DNA of 59,160 nt, the filler included. It is 7 parts of 7 records of this genome, joined end to end, with 100 filler letters (N's around TTAATTAATTAA, not from the genome) between each part and the next. Parts side by side here need not be neighbours in the genome. Positions count along the whole stretch, not along the records: positions 18,496 to 26,217 come from SRR31147125_41433; positions 26,318 to 31,959 come from SRR31147125_41450; 5 more parts are not named here. One strand, given 5' to 3'. Below the pieces are notes generated by a model, which did no database searches, was not told where the DNA came from, and was given only the letters and a program-made list of their open reading frames with translations. A program made the translations under genes and the position numbers. Of the stretch, positions 20,615-31,199 are shown piece after piece. The stretch's first letter is position 1. Each line of letters starts with the position of its first letter.

Positions 20615-22006
20615 ATGAACTTTAATATTCTTGTCGTAGACGACGAAAAAAATATCCGTATGGGCCTCGGTAAAGCCCTGGAACTGGACGGATACAATGT
20701 GTTCCTGGCGGAAGACGGCAGTGAGGCCATGAAAGTTATGGTCCGGGCGGATATCGATCTGGTTCTGACCGACCTGCGGATGCCCAGAGTTTCGGGAGAG
20801 GAGCTGCTGAAAAAAATATCCTCCTCCTATCCCACAGTCCCGGTCATCATACTCACCGGCCACGGTACGGTGGAGAACGCCGTCAATGCCATGCGTGACG
20901 GCGCCTATGATTTCCTGACGAAGCCCCTGAATCTGGACAGACTCTCCCTGCTGGTAAAAAGGGCTCTCTCCTCCCGGGAACTGGTCCTGAAACACCGGGA
21001 ACTTCAGGAAGAGGTCGCCCGTCTGGAACAGAAACGGGACACGGCCAACTTCATCGGGAAAAGCAGCCAGATGCAGAAGGTATTTGAGCTGATCTCCCAG
21101 GTGGCGGCGACCAAAGCCTCCGTCCTGATCACCGGAGAAAGCGGAGTCGGCAAGGAACTGGTGGCCGATGCCATCCACAAACAGTCCCAGAGAAAGGGCA
21201 AACCCTTTATCAAAGTTCACTGTGCGGCACTGTCTGAATCACTCCTGGAAAGCGAGTTGTTCGGTCATGAGAAAGGGGCGTTCACCGGTGCGACAGGTCA
21301 GAAGAAGGGCCGTTTCGAACTGTCCGACGGGGGGTCCATCTTCCTGGACGAGATTGGAGAGATCAACCAGTCCATTCAGATAAAAATCCTCCGGGTTCTT
21401 CAGGAACGGGAATTCGAGCGGGTGGGAGGGGTCTCATCCGTCCGGATAGATACCCGGCTTGTCGCCGCAACCAACAGAGACCTGATGGAAGAGATCAGGA
21501 AAGGGAATTTCCGCGAAGACCTCTATTACCGCCTGAATGTAGTCAATATTCATATCCCGCCCCTGAGGGAACGCCGTGAGGATATCCCTCTTCTGGCCAG
21601 CGCCTTCCTGAAGGAATTCAACGAAGAGAACGGAAAAAGTATCGAAGGAATTGACAGTAAGGCGGCTATGGCTTTATATAACTACTCCTGGCCCGGCAAT
21701 GTCCGGGAACTCAGAAACTGCATGGAAAGTGCAGTGGTTCTCTGCAGGGGACATTTCATCATGCCCGAGGACCTGCCCCCGAGCGTATCGGCCGGTGCCG
21801 ATGAAGAAGGGTATATTAAAATCAAGCTGGGTTCCAATATGGCTGAATCGGAAAAAACCATCATCCGGTCGACCCTGAACTATGCGAGGGGCAACAAAAG
21901 CCGGACCGCAGAGATCCTGGGGATCGGGCGAAAAACACTCCACAGAAAGATCCATGACTACGGACTGGAACAGGAATTTTTAAAGAAGGAGGCATCCGAT
22001 GGATGA
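20615..22006 (+). CDS. Sigma54-dependent response regulator (Rrp2/NtrC-like)
   Basis: Receiver ILVVDDE/DLRMP; GESGVGKE; GAFTGA; LDEIGE; Fis-type HTH; start reassigned to MNFNIL. Confidence 0.94.
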   Translation: MNFNILVVDDEKNIRMGLGKALELDGYNVFLAEDGSEAMKVMVRADIDLVLTDLRMPRVSGEELLKKISSSYPTVPVIILTGHGTVENAVNAMRDGAYDFLTKPLNLDRLSLLVKRALSSRELVLKHRELQEEVARLEQKRDTANFIGKSSQMQKVFELISQVAATKASVLITGESGVGKELVADAIHKQSQRKGKPFIKVHCAALSESLLESELFGHEKGAFTGATGQKKGRFELSDGGSIFLDEIGEINQSIQIKILRVLQEREFERVGGVSSVRIDTRLVAATNRDLMEEIRKGNFREDLYYRLNVVNIHIPPLRERREDIPLLASAFLKEFNEENGKSIEGIDSKAAMALYNYSWPGNVRELRNCMESAVVLCRGHFIMPEDLPPSVSAGADEEGYIKIKLGSNMAESEKTIIRSTLNYARGNKSRTAEILGIGRKTLHRKIHDYGLEQEFLKKEASDG

Positions 22007-22319
22007 CCGCAAAGCAATACATGAACTCTCTTCCGCCCTGGCATCCTGCGGGGATGAAGAGCTTATATACGATTTCCTCTACAGCCTGCTGACGGAAAAC
22101 GAGACTCACGAGATAGCTACACGCTGGGCCCTCGTCAGACTGATAAAAGAGGGGATGTCCCAGAGAAAAATTGCCGACAAGCTGGGACTCAGTCTCTGCA
22201 AAATAACCCGGGGCTCAAAGGAACTGAAAAAAGAGGAATCGTCATTCAACAAAATGATCGAAATCTTCGACAGCCTGAACCGCCGGGCACTGCCTGAAGA
22301 GAGTCCGGCGAATCAATAG
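21999..22319 (+). CDS. trpR: Trp repressor family regulator
   Basis: LLT..E...IATRW, MSQRKIA..LGLSLCKITRGS..LK. Confidence 0.8.
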   Translation: MDDRKAIHELSSALASCGDEELIYDFLYSLLTENETHEIATRWALVRLIKEGMSQRKIADKLGLSLCKITRGSKELKKEESSFNKMIEIFDSLNRRALPEESPANQ

Positions 22320-22813
22320 AACTGGACCTTTGAATCAGTCATTGTTTCTCCGTCAAAGGTAAACCACCCGCGAAATCTGCGGCCCTCCAGAGCTTGAGGC
22401 AGCCAGAGAAGATCATCATCCCACATTCTATCATAGGGTATATCACGGACAGGACACCAGAAGGGTGCCGCTTCATCAGTCTCTATCAGTTCTCCCTGAA
22501 AGGAGTCGCAGAGGAAGACGGTCCCTTTCAGGTTTAGTCCGTCGGAGAAGTGGAAATGCAGTTCTCCGGAGAACCGGAGGTGGTCCGTATCCAGCCCCAC
22601 CTCTTCCTTTGTTTCCCGTACGGCAGCTTCAAGAGGCGTTTCGCCCGGTTCTATATGGCCTCCCGGAGCATTGACCTTTCCGGCTCCGAGCCCCGTTTTT
22701 TTGTGAATCAGAAGTACTTCATCGCCCTTCAGTATATAGGTGATGACGGCCTTTTCTCCCGGTATCCATTCATTCCAGTCAATGTTTTCTACAGATATAT
22801 GTTTTTTATTCAC
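22313..22813 (-). CDS. NUDIX hydrolase (MTH1/8-oxo-dGTPase-like)
   Basis: GGHIEPGETPLEAAVRETKEEVG Nudix box; IPYDRMWDDD..WLP. Confidence 0.88.
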   Translation of the reverse strand: MNKKHISVENIDWNEWIPGEKAVITYILKGDEVLLIHKKTGLGAGKVNAPGGHIEPGETPLEAAVRETKEEVGLDTDHLRFSGELHFHFSDGLNLKGTVFLCDSFQGELIETDEAAPFWCPVRDIPYDRMWDDDLLWLPQALEGRRFRGWFTFDGETMTDSKVQFY

Positions 22814-22815
22814 GG

Positions 22816-24154
22816 TTATTCCTGTTTAAGATTGTTTATATGCAGAGAAACCCCTGCACCAGGGGCGTCAGTTTTTTGGGGAAATCCACCATAATCCGCC
22901 TGGTCTGTACCGATCCCCCTTTGACCGGAGGAAGTCCGGGAGAAACGAATTCAACCGGCCTTCGACGGAGCTCCCGGCTCTCACCGTCATACCACCGGAC
23001 AGTCAGATCCAGGGCATCCAGAGATTCGGCACCCCTGTTCTGAACCCTTATCTCCTGAAAGAGATACGTCCTGTCGTATCCCTCGATCATACTCCAGGGA
23101 CGGGATTCAAAGGAAAGATAGGCTCCTTCGGAAACCGGGATATCCCAGAACGGTTCCAGGGAGGACCATTCGGGAGGGAGTTCATCGTCCAGCCATTTTT
23201 CCTTTTTTTCAGACTGACCGACATGGTGCCGGCAGCAGGATCAAACTCGGTCATATGAAAAGAGGCGAAAAAGGGAAGAGACTCCCCCGGAGCCAGCGGC
23301 GACTGACCCTCGCCGAGTATCTCCAGATCTTTCTCCAGAACGGGAGAGAGGGGATCACCCATGCTCAGTTTCAGGACAAGAGCACTCAGGGGCCCCTTAA
23401 CCGTTTCGGCATACCCCTGCAGGGAGACCGCATACCCTCCCGAACGGCGGGTTACAACCGATTCCGCAATATCCAGAGAGATCGTATCAGTGAGAGAATC
23501 GGCAATCCGGAGATCAAGATCACGGACCTCCCAGTCCGTTTCCATCCCGGCGAGATCTCCTGCGGCTCCCGATTCTTCCGTGTCGGTAGAACTGAAAAAC
23601 CGGAAAATGTAGCCGTACCGGGGGATCAGGGCAATAACGATGACCAGAAGAGAGATAAGAAAGAACGGGATGATTTTCCTGTTCTGGTCCTTTCCGTTCA
23701 GCATTCGGTTCAGCTGCTGGAGCTCTTTCTGCATTTTCCTGGCATTCCGGTGTCCCGGCTGCAGGATCAGGCTCTCCCGGATCTTTTCCTCCGACCGTAG
23801 AAGATCCTTTTCAAGAAAACCGTACTGTTCGCTTCTCCTGAGGTAGAGTTCCGCCAGGTCCAGCCTCAGGTCCGCATCCAGCGGAGAGAACAGAAGCGCC
23901 CGTTCTGTTTCAACAATCGCTGTATCCCACCGCTCCTGCTGACGGGACTGTCCCGCCCGCACCAGATGCCGGTCTACCAGCATTTGGAGCTTTTCCTTAT
24001 CCGGAGGGGTCAGGGGGTACTTGTCAAGAAGCTGATCCATATCCTTTCGGGTTATAAGGATATGATCCTGCTTCTCCACCAGTTCTCTGAGAAAATCACT
24101 CAGGCGGCTGTCCTCCCCCAGGACTTTTTCTTCTTCTGTTGTCTGATCTGCCAT
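22816..24154 (-). CDS. Hypothetical TPR-like membrane-anchored protein, frameshifted
   Basis: TPR-like helices (ERALLFSPLD, ESLILQPGH), one TM, then an extracytoplasmic region continuing in ORF 22836-23090; shifts lie near A/T runs; ends approximate. Confidence 0.5.
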
Positions 24155-24258
24155 AACTTCCCACAATTTTACAGAGACACTTAACTTTTGACCATACCGG
24201 CCCGATAAAGAAATGAGGAAAACCATTATTCCAAGAATGCGGAGAGACGCCCCGATTC

Positions 24259-25161
24259 ATGAAGATATCAATTTTCTGTTCACCTGAGAGAAAAAATGTT
24301 CTGCTGGAGCTGATGCCCCTTTTTGATGAGCTGTTCATAGAGTCCTATGCCTGTTTTTTCCAGAGCATATGGAATAAGGAGATCATCACATCCCTGGACT
24401 CCGGGCTGTCGCGAAGCGAATGCTACCTTCTGATACCATCGGATGACGCACTCGATTCCCGGTGGATGAGCTATATCCTGGGATTCACCTGCCACAATCG
24501 GAAGAACTGCCTGATCTATCTGAAGGACGAACCGCCGGAAGCAGCGGGTCTTCCCTGGGAGGATCTGTACGACTGGTGCGCCGGAATGGACGAACTGCGA
24601 AGCCATCTGGAAACGATCCTGCCCGTATGGCAGGATGAGGCGGCAACCATGCTGGCCACCCGGACTCTGGAATCCCGCCTTGAAGAACACACCTTTCAGG
24701 ATTTTGCCCTTTCGGTGGAGAAAGGTGACCGGTTTATGGCCGGGGTCTTCCTGGAAGCCGGTTTTGATGTCAACAAACAATCCCACAAAAGTGTCACCCT
24801 CCTGGGACTTGCCGCCCGGAAAGGGTATCAGGAGATCGCCCGCATCCTGATTGCCGCCGGCGCGGATGCGAACCAGATCAGCTCGGACCGGCATAACACA
24901 CCTCTGATGGACGCAGCATCGGAAGGGCATCTTGATCTGGTCCGTTATTTCGTAGAAAATGGAGCGGATCTTGAGATCAAAAGCAAGAGCGGCCAGACAG
25001 CTCTGATTCTGGCGGCGGGAAACAAAAATGTCGAATGCGCTTCCTACCTGATCGATGCGGGAGCGGATTTTGACATCAAGGACAACCTGGGTCTGTCAGC
25101 AAGGAAATACGCCGAACTGTACCAGATGGGAGACCTCCTGAATCGAATGAACCGAGTATAA
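24259..25161 (+). CDS. Ankyrin-repeat protein with N-terminal TIR-like domain
   Basis: Ankyrin repeats (TLLGLAARKG, TPLMDAASEG, TALILAAGN); N-terminus resembles the TIR betaC-alphaC segment. Confidence 0.8.
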   Translation: MKISIFCSPERKNVLLELMPLFDELFIESYACFFQSIWNKEIITSLDSGLSRSECYLLIPSDDALDSRWMSYILGFTCHNRKNCLIYLKDEPPEAAGLPWEDLYDWCAGMDELRSHLETILPVWQDEAATMLATRTLESRLEEHTFQDFALSVEKGDRFMAGVFLEAGFDVNKQSHKSVTLLGLAARKGYQEIARILIAAGADANQISSDRHNTPLMDAASEGHLDLVRYFVENGADLEIKSKSGQTALILAAGNKNVECASYLIDAGADFDIKDNLGLSARKYAELYQMGDLLNRMNRV

Positions 25162-25171
25162 GGACAGGAAA

Positions 25172-25900
25172 TTGAAAGAAAGAAAGATATATTTTATCCA
25201 CTGGAACAACCACAGACAGTTTCTGAATGACCGGTACGGCAAGACGGACCTGATGAATCACCTCGAAGAGGAGAATATCCGCGGATATTACGGTTCAGCT
25301 CCGGCTCCCGAAGACATGACGGCTTTTCAGACGGATTTTCAGGTAAAAGCCGATATGGCCGTAAACCGCTGGATCAACGACTCCCGGTTCATCCTGCACT
25401 TCCTTATGGCGACAGGAATCTTCCTGGTTTCCTTTTATTTCCTTTCCTATGTCGTCCGGGATCCGCTGCCCCTGGTGGATGAAATTGTAATCTCTCTGAT
25501 CCTGGGATTCCTCGGATGGCACCGGCTGAACAACCAGAATATCCAGTCGGAAAAAGCGAACCGGAAAAAACTGGAGCTGAAGCAGTACGTCAACAGAATA
25601 CCATTTGAACAGTCCGAATTCCTCAGCCAGGTGGAACTCTATCTGGAAAAGATCAGCGAAATGAAAGAGGGTGATGTTCATACCATGCTGAGGGAAGGGT
25701 CTGTCCCTCTGTTTTTTACCACATCGGGAACAGAACTGATGGATTTTCATCAGTGTCTCGAAAACAGCCTCGGAAAAAGACGCGGATTTTCTCAGCTTTT
25801 TTCCGGAAAAATGAAGAAGAACGGAAGTTCCGCCCCGGTGAGCGGAGAACTTCTTATACTGTCCCGTCAACTATCGGATTATCTGAAAACCCGGGTGTGA
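25172..25900 (+). CDS. Hypothetical membrane protein (2 TM)
   Basis: Two TM helices around RDPLPLVDE; TTG start after an RBS-like GGACAGGA. Confidence 0.65.
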   Translation: MKERKIYFIHWNNHRQFLNDRYGKTDLMNHLEEENIRGYYGSAPAPEDMTAFQTDFQVKADMAVNRWINDSRFILHFLMATGIFLVSFYFLSYVVRDPLPLVDEIVISLILGFLGWHRLNNQNIQSEKANRKKLELKQYVNRIPFEQSEFLSQVELYLEKISEMKEGDVHTMLREGSVPLFFTTSGTELMDFHQCLENSLGKRRGFSQLFSGKMKKNGSSAPVSGELLILSRQLSDYLKTRV

Positions 25901-25906
25901 TCCGGT

Positions 25907-26217
25907 TTACTCCTCGACTGTCTGATTCTCCTGAATGATTTCATTCAGTTCCTGGGTTGTCCTGGCGGTCTCGATCATTTCCAGGGCGGGAGTGAAATCA
26001 TCCCTGTAAGTCAGACACTCCTCCCATAAATCGATCGCTTCATCAATCCGCCCGTTTGCGTAGGCTTCCAGCCCCTGGAGATAGAGGAGCTGGGCCTTTT
26101 CATTCCGGGTCATTCTCCCGAAATCGCCCAGATTCAGCTTCAGGGCCAGGCTGAACCGGTCCAGTGTTTTGACCTGAGTCGTCAGGTCGAGGGTATAATT
26201 GGCAGTCAGGCTGAATT
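25907..26217 (-). CDS. C-terminal part of a UPF0164-like spirochaete outer-membrane protein with terminal TPR, 5' truncated
   Basis: Open frame from the contig edge: ANYTLDLTTQ..DRFSLALKLNLGDFGR, then TPR YLQGLEAYANG..AI..WEE.L. Confidence 0.6.
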
Positions 26218-26317
26218 NNNNNNNNNNNNNNNNNNNNNNNNNNNNNNNNNNNNNNNNNNNNTTAATTAATTAANNNNNNNNNNNNNNNNNNNNNNNNNNN
26301 NNNNNNNNNNNNNNNNN
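26218..26317. other. Artificial contig spacer
   Basis: N-run, TTAATTAATTAA, N-run. Confidence 0.98.
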
Positions 26318-27562
26318 AAAAGAAAAGGCAAACCAGAGATAGAGCCGTTGTATACAGTTCAAGATGCTCTAAACAGTTTAGATTGCTTTGAAGGATTGGT
26401 ATATGGGCAAAAGACGAGTGTTTCCTCTGATGTAGAAGTTAGATTTAGAGACGCAGGTCATCTTTTAGGGTCAGCAAGCATCGAAATTTGGGCAAAGACT
26501 GATGGAAAAGAAGAAAAAATCGTATTTTCAGGTGATATTGGAAATAACGATAAACCAATTATCAAAGATCCAACTTATCTTGAGCAAGCGGATTTGGTGG
26601 TTATGGAATCAACTTATGGAGACAGACAGCATAAGGAGACTGCAAAACCGACGGATCAATTAAGGCGTGTATTTAAGGATGCTATAAAAAGAGGCGGGAA
26701 TATTGTTATTCCTTCGTTTGCAATTGGAAGAACTCAAGAAGTCCTCTATGATATCAGCAAATTCATTAATGATGGATCTGTCCCTGGGTTGGAAAAAATC
26801 CCAGTTTATATCGACAGTCCTCTTGGTATTAGAGCCACAGAAATATTTGAAGAAAATTATGCAGGATACTATGACAAAGAAGCTATGGATCTTGTAAGAG
26901 AAGGCGTAGAGTTTTTAAATTTTAGAACATTAAATGTTGCTATGTCTCCTGATGAAAGTAAAGCTATTAACTTTATTGAGGAGCCTGTGATAATAATTTC
27001 TTCTAGTGGCATGTGTGATGCGGGTAGAATTAAGCATCATTTAAAACACAATATTTGGAGAAACGACAGCACAATAATTTTTGTAGGCTACCAAGCATAT
27101 GGTACTCTTGGAAGAAGAATATTGGATGGAGCAGATGAAATAAAGATTTTTGGCGATGAGATCTTGGTTAATGCTAAAATTGAAAGAGTAGAAGGTTTTT
27201 CTGGTCATGCTGATAAAGATGGATTAATAAAATGGATTGACGAATTCCATGAGAAGCCTCAAAAAATATTTATAACGCATGGTGAAGAATCTGTTGCACT
27301 TGGTTTTGCAGATACACTAAGCCAAAAGGGTTATAATGTTGTTGTTCCAAACTTTGGTCAATACTTCGACACCTCAAGTCAAAGTTTTGAAACCGATATG
27401 GACTTTAAGGAATCTGACTTTGATAGAGAAGATAAAACTTATAAACAAATCAAAGGCATTACGAGTGAAATTTTGCGACATGCAGAGTATAACAAAGCTA
27501 AATCTGATGATTTGCTTGCAAAACTAAAGCAGATTATGGATGAAGTGAAAGCTGCAAAATAA
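26318..27562 (+). CDS. Metallo-beta-lactamase/beta-CASP ribonuclease, 5' truncated
   Basis: AGHLLGS, FSGDIG, MESTYG, PSFAIGRTQE, SSGMC..GRI.HH, FSGHAD, HGE. Confidence 0.92.
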   Translation, partial: KRKGKPEIEPLYTVQDALNSLDCFEGLVYGQKTSVSSDVEVRFRDAGHLLGSASIEIWAKTDGKEEKIVFSGDIGNNDKPIIKDPTYLEQADLVVMESTYGDRQHKETAKPTDQLRRVFKDAIKRGGNIVIPSFAIGRTQEVLYDISKFINDGSVPGLEKIPVYIDSPLGIRATEIFEENYAGYYDKEAMDLVREGVEFLNFRTLNVAMSPDESKAINFIEEPVIIISSSGMCDAGRIKHHLKHNIWRNDSTIIFVGYQAYGTLGRRILDGADEIKIFGDEILVNAKIERVEGFSGHADKDGLIKWIDEFHEKPQKIFITHGEESVALGFADTLSQKGYNVVVPNFGQYFDTSSQSFETDMDFKESDFDREDKTYKQIKGITSEILRHAEYNKAKSDDLLAKLKQIMDEVKAAK

Positions 27563-27577
27563 ACCTAATAGTAATTA

Positions 27578-27629
27578 AAGGCAGTAGATAAAATGTAAAG
27601 TTTTTATGTCGTCTATTGCCTTATCTTTT
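27578..27629 (+). terminator. Terminator-like hairpin
   Basis: AAGGCAGTAGA...TCTATTGCCTT followed by a T-rich tract. Confidence 0.55.
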
Positions 27630-27763
27630 AGTTTGTGACATAATTGCATATGGTTAAGGGATAAAGAATGAATATAAATCATGTATAATTATTTGTATAA
27701 ATCGAATGGACGTTATCTTTAAGATATAAACGTTTGATGCATTATAAATTTGGAGAGTTATTT

Positions 27764-29467
27764 ATGGCGAAACTGACAAGAAGAACAGGAAAAGGTACAG
27801 GTTCAACTAGAACTTCATCATCAATAAAAAGACCTATTTCTTCTGCACCAAAAAAACAATATACTTACAAACCAAAAACTGTAAGAAAAAATAAAGTTAA
27901 AAATACTACTCAAAAAGTAAAAAGGACTTCCTATAAACAACCTAACAGAAAGGTTTCTGCATCTAAAAGAGCAGCGGTTGGCTCTATGGGTACGTTCCAA
28001 TTGAGGCTTAAAATAATTAAAGCTATGTTTTTAAAATATAAAACAATAGTTATAATTGTTTTATGTAGCTTAATTGTACTATCAGGTTTGGCGTTTAGCT
28101 ATTTTAAGTTTTTTGCAAATAAGGATAAAGAAAATGAGAGCGATGCCGAAAATGAGGGAGTTGTTGAGGAACTGGCTGAAGATGCTGGTGATCAACCAAT
28201 GTTAACCGAGGGTGATGATCCTTTAGCACAGCAAAGTGTTAGCCAAGTAGATGATGATGAGTTAGTTGCTGTAATAGAAAAAGAAGTGTATATTGCTATT
28301 ACAATAGGTGACCCAACTCCATATGAAGAAAAACTACTTCAAAAGATGGAGGAAGCTATAAATTCGGAATATAAAAACGGTACTCTTGGAGGCGAATGTA
28401 TTCCTTATGATTCGAAAAGAGATATAAACCAACAGATTCAAGATATGAGAAGTATTGCAAATATTGATGCAAAAGCAATAATTGTATGCTCTACAGGTGT
28501 TGATGATTATATTGCAATAACTGATATGGCAAGAGACAACGGTATAAAAGTTGTAGCGGTGGATGCTCCTATTGACAGCGGATATGATGTTAACATTGTA
28601 ACTGACTATACCGAGTTTGGAAAGGCTAATGCTAAGTTTGTTTCGGATAATATCGGTAAAGGAAACATTGTTCAGTTTATTGATACGGATGAGAGCTTGG
28701 GTAATGACAAGACGCTTAATGCATTCAATACCGCGGCTGCTGAGTATTCTAATATAAATATAAATGCTTCGGCTAATATGAATGAAATATCGAGAATCAG
28801 CAAAGCATATGATAGTTTAAGTGAACAAGGTACCATTGAAGCTATCTATGCGGAAAACGGTTATGCTCTTAATGTATTGAATGAAGTTATTGAGCGTGAG
28901 CAAATTCCTAAAGTGTTTATTGGGGATGGTACTGCTGGTTTTATTAAAAAATGGTACGAGCTTATAAATACGGGTGTTAAAATAGAAAAAGAAGATCCGG
29001 ATGATGAAGATGAAAAGATAGAAGTTACCGTTGAAGCTCCAAGTGCAGAAATATATGCGAGACCAGCACCGTATGGTGCGGCAGCAGCAGCGGTTAAGTT
29101 TGCAATAAGGCTTGCAGAAGGGTTAGAGCTTAAACCACAGATGTTTTCTGGAGATAAAACATATTACTATAAAGGCAGTATAGCTATTATAGAAGAAGTT
29201 TTGCCTTATTACTATGAGATGGTTAAGGATAAAGAGGATAATTTTGTACTTAACGATTGGCCTTCCGACTATGAGATAGACCAATACTTTGAAGGTGCTG
29301 TTGGATCGTACTATGATACATCAGAATTGCGTGTTACACTACAAGTAGAAGAAGAGCCAGAAGTATCCTCTGATCAAGAATCTGAAACTGAAAATGAAGA
29401 TGAAACCGAAGGCGGCGACGAAAGCAAAGATGATGAAGAGGCAGAAGACGAGACGAAAACTGAATAG
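27764..29467 (+). CDS. Membrane-anchored RbsB-like sugar-binding-fold protein with basic N-terminal tail and acidic C-terminal tail
   Basis: QQIQDMRS, AIIV, GIKVVAVD periplasmic-binding-protein pattern; TM near residue 95-115; GGAGAG RBS before ATG 27764. Confidence 0.7.
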   Translation: MAKLTRRTGKGTGSTRTSSSIKRPISSAPKKQYTYKPKTVRKNKVKNTTQKVKRTSYKQPNRKVSASKRAAVGSMGTFQLRLKIIKAMFLKYKTIVIIVLCSLIVLSGLAFSYFKFFANKDKENESDAENEGVVEELAEDAGDQPMLTEGDDPLAQQSVSQVDDDELVAVIEKEVYIAITIGDPTPYEEKLLQKMEEAINSEYKNGTLGGECIPYDSKRDINQQIQDMRSIANIDAKAIIVCSTGVDDYIAITDMARDNGIKVVAVDAPIDSGYDVNIVTDYTEFGKANAKFVSDNIGKGNIVQFIDTDESLGNDKTLNAFNTAAAEYSNININASANMNEISRISKAYDSLSEQGTIEAIYAENGYALNVLNEVIEREQIPKVFIGDGTAGFIKKWYELINTGVKIEKEDPDDEDEKIEVTVEAPSAEIYARPAPYGAAAAAVKFAIRLAEGLELKPQMFSGDKTYYYKGSIAIIEEVLPYYYEMVKDKEDNFVLNDWPSDYEIDQYFEGAVGSYYDTSELRVTLQVEEEPEVSSDQESETENEDETEGGDESKDDEEAEDETKTE

Positions 29468-29495
29468 TTAATATAAAAATAATGATCATTAAATT

Positions 29496-29546
29496 CACAA
29501 ATCAGATGTGCGAAATTATAAAATAAGCATTTGGTTTGTGTTTTTT
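29496..29546. terminator. Terminator between convergent genes
   Basis: CACAAATCAGATG...CATTTGGTTTGTG then TTTTTT. Confidence 0.6.
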
Positions 29547-29576
29547 ATTTGGCTTTTTTAAAAGTGATATGAAATA

Positions 29577-31199
29577 TTATTCTTTTAAGGCTTTATTAAC
29601 AAAAGCGGTAGTTTTTTTAAGATGCTTGTTCAAATACATCTCGTAATCCGCGTGTGCAATTAAATCTTCGGATTTTTTGCTGTTATCAGATTCAACAATT
29701 CCATAACTGAAATCTACGTTAATTGTTTTATCCTTTATTATTAATGGAGATTTATTTAGATAAGATTTTATACGGCTGATAATGGCTTTTGATTGTATCT
29801 TTGATTTGTTTTTTAACAAAACAAAAAATTCATCACCGCCGTACCTTGTAATAACACTATCTTCATCAAAGAATTCTTTAAGAGCATTGGAAAGCTTCAA
29901 TATATATTTATCACCATTAACATGACCATGACTATCGTTGATTTTCTTTAAATTATCAAGATCAATAGCTATCAAAGTTAAATCTATAACCTTGTCAAAA
30001 GAGAGTATTTCTTCAAAAATATTATTAAAACACCTTCTATTATAAAGTCCAGTAAGACTGTCTCTATTTTTTAGATTATCGTTATCAGTAAGCAAATTAG
30101 AAAAGCTAATAAGCTTGGAGATTTCGACTGATAATATTTCTATAAGCTTAAAGTCAGAATGGTTAAAGGTAGTGTTTTCGTGGCTGTCTATAGTAACGAT
30201 ACCCCAAATTTTGTCATCTAGCTGAATGGGTGATGTCAGTGATGTTGAACTGTAGTGAAAACCAGCACTATTAAATTGGTCTATATTATAACTTTTCTTA
30301 AGTATATCAAACTCATCAATTAGTATAGTTTTATCCATTTTTCCATTGGTTAAATGATAAAGATGTGATTTGGAAATAGGCATTTTAATTTTATTAAGCA
30401 TATCAATATCGTACCCAGAAACACAAATAAATTCACATATACCATCAACATTTTTTATAATAGAACCCTTTGCAGCAAAGTCAATAATATCTATTATCTC
30501 GTTTAAAATATAGTCCAGAATCGATTCAATATCATTATCTTTTGAAGCGAGATAAGTTAAGTTTAATAGCATGTTATTTAACTTTGAATCTCTCTTTAAC
30601 TGTTTGTTTAGCCTGTCGACATTTAAAATGCTTCGGTTATAATGATAAAATAAAACAACGAGAATTAAAGTTATACAAGTCAACATGATAGGCTGAAAAA
30701 GCAAAGCATCGCTTCTGTGTGCAAAAATGCCAGAAAAGAGAAGCGGGTATTTTGCATTTATAAAAATCAAAATTAAGTATTCAACAAGACACACGCTGCA
30801 AACAATAGCAGAAAACTTAGGGTCCATTAAAGACAGAATAAGATATGAAAAAAGCAAAATGAATATTATCGTATGGTATTCAGGATTGTTATTAATAATT
30901 AAGGTAAATGGTAAAACAAAAAACAAAGCATAAAATACAAGTGATACTCTAGCAAAATATTTTTTTGTATTTTTACACGTGCATAAGCCGATGAAAGAAA
31001 GCACAAGCGAAATGACTTTATCTGCTATTGCAAAAATGCCTGATTTGTTATATAAGCTAATGATTAAAAAAATCAGCGAAAAAGCAAAAATCAAATGTAA
31101 GCTTAATATATATAAAAACTTAGAAATATTCTTATATTTGTTTTTGGAACTAAAAATATTATTTAATATTTTCATTATAAACCTTTTCATGATACTCAA
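29577..31199 (-). CDS. Membrane-bound GAF-GGDEF diguanylate cyclase
   Basis: About 6 TM helices, GAF (SPIQLDDKIWGIV), DSLTGLYNRR, KKINDSHGH, RYGGDEF; no RxxD I-site. Confidence 0.9.
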   Translation of the reverse strand: MSIMKRFIMKILNNIFSSKNKYKNISKFLYILSLHLIFAFSLIFLIISLYNKSGIFAIADKVISLVLSFIGLCTCKNTKKYFARVSLVFYALFFVLPFTLIINNNPEYHTIIFILLFSYLILSLMDPKFSAIVCSVCLVEYLILIFINAKYPLLFSGIFAHRSDALLFQPIMLTCITLILVVLFYHYNRSILNVDRLNKQLKRDSKLNNMLLNLTYLASKDNDIESILDYILNEIIDIIDFAAKGSIIKNVDGICEFICVSGYDIDMLNKIKMPISKSHLYHLTNGKMDKTILIDEFDILKKSYNIDQFNSAGFHYSSTSLTSPIQLDDKIWGIVTIDSHENTTFNHSDFKLIEILSVEISKLISFSNLLTDNDNLKNRDSLTGLYNRRCFNNIFEEILSFDKVIDLTLIAIDLDNLKKINDSHGHVNGDKYILKLSNALKEFFDEDSVITRYGGDEFFVLLKNKSKIQSKAIISRIKSYLNKSPLIIKDKTINVDFSYGIVESDNSKKSEDLIAHADYEMYLNKHLKKTTAFVNKALKE

